A DNA stretch of 64,000 nt, taken from NCBI RefSeq assembly GCF_009914755.1, contig NC_060935.1; one strand, given 5' to 3'. The notes beneath the pieces are model-generated. The model searched no databases. It saw only the letters and a list, made by a program, of their open reading frames with translations, and was not told the DNA's origin. The translations under genes and the position numbers were made by a program. Positions within the stretch are counted from its first letter, which is position 1. Each line of letters opens with the position of its first letter. This document shows, in pieces, positions 61,820-64,000 of the stretch. Source of the stretch: the human T2T-CHM13v2.0 reference genome, Homo sapiens.

Positions 61820-62026
61820 AGCAATATAGTTCCTGTTGCCCTGTATCTCCACCGACATTTAGTGCCTGTCTTTTAGATTTTAGCCATGTTAGTGGGCATG
61901 AAATGGAAACTCTGAGGCTTTAATTTGCATTTCCCTAATGACATTGAATACCTGCTAATTGGACATTTGGATACCTTCTTTTGCGAAGTATCTGTTCAAG
62001 TCTTTTTCTTATTTTAAAAATAGGTA

Positions 62027-64000
<1,974 letters not shown>

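Overview
Human (primate) genomic DNA. From the encoded proteins I recognise the GAL3ST3-SF3B2-PACS1 locus (11q13). GAL3ST3 lies on the minus strand, with 2 coding exons giving 431 aa and a probable non-coding first exon near 13.1-13.3 kb. It is head-to-head with SF3B2 on the plus strand, whose 22 coding exons I traced by GT/AG junctions; they sum to 2688 nt = 895 aa + stop. About 1.5 kb further on are the PACS1 CpG-island promoter, coding exon 1 and the first ~29 kb of its large intron 1. The rest is repeat-rich: dozens of Alus, MIR/L2, MaLR LTRs, hAT MITEs and old L1 fragments. The most notable non-obvious elements are: a TSD-flanked U13 snoRNA retrocopy in SF3B2 intron 3; inverted Alus bracketing SF3B2 exons 8-14, which would circularise into a stop-free 1002-nt frame; a twin-primed, 5'-inverted L1PA inserted into an Alu tail; a 57-bp dispersed duplication in PACS1 intron 1; and a MIR interrupted by four nested insertions. 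I see no evidence of a wholly new gene system. Repeat boundaries and subfamily names were read by eye and are approximate.
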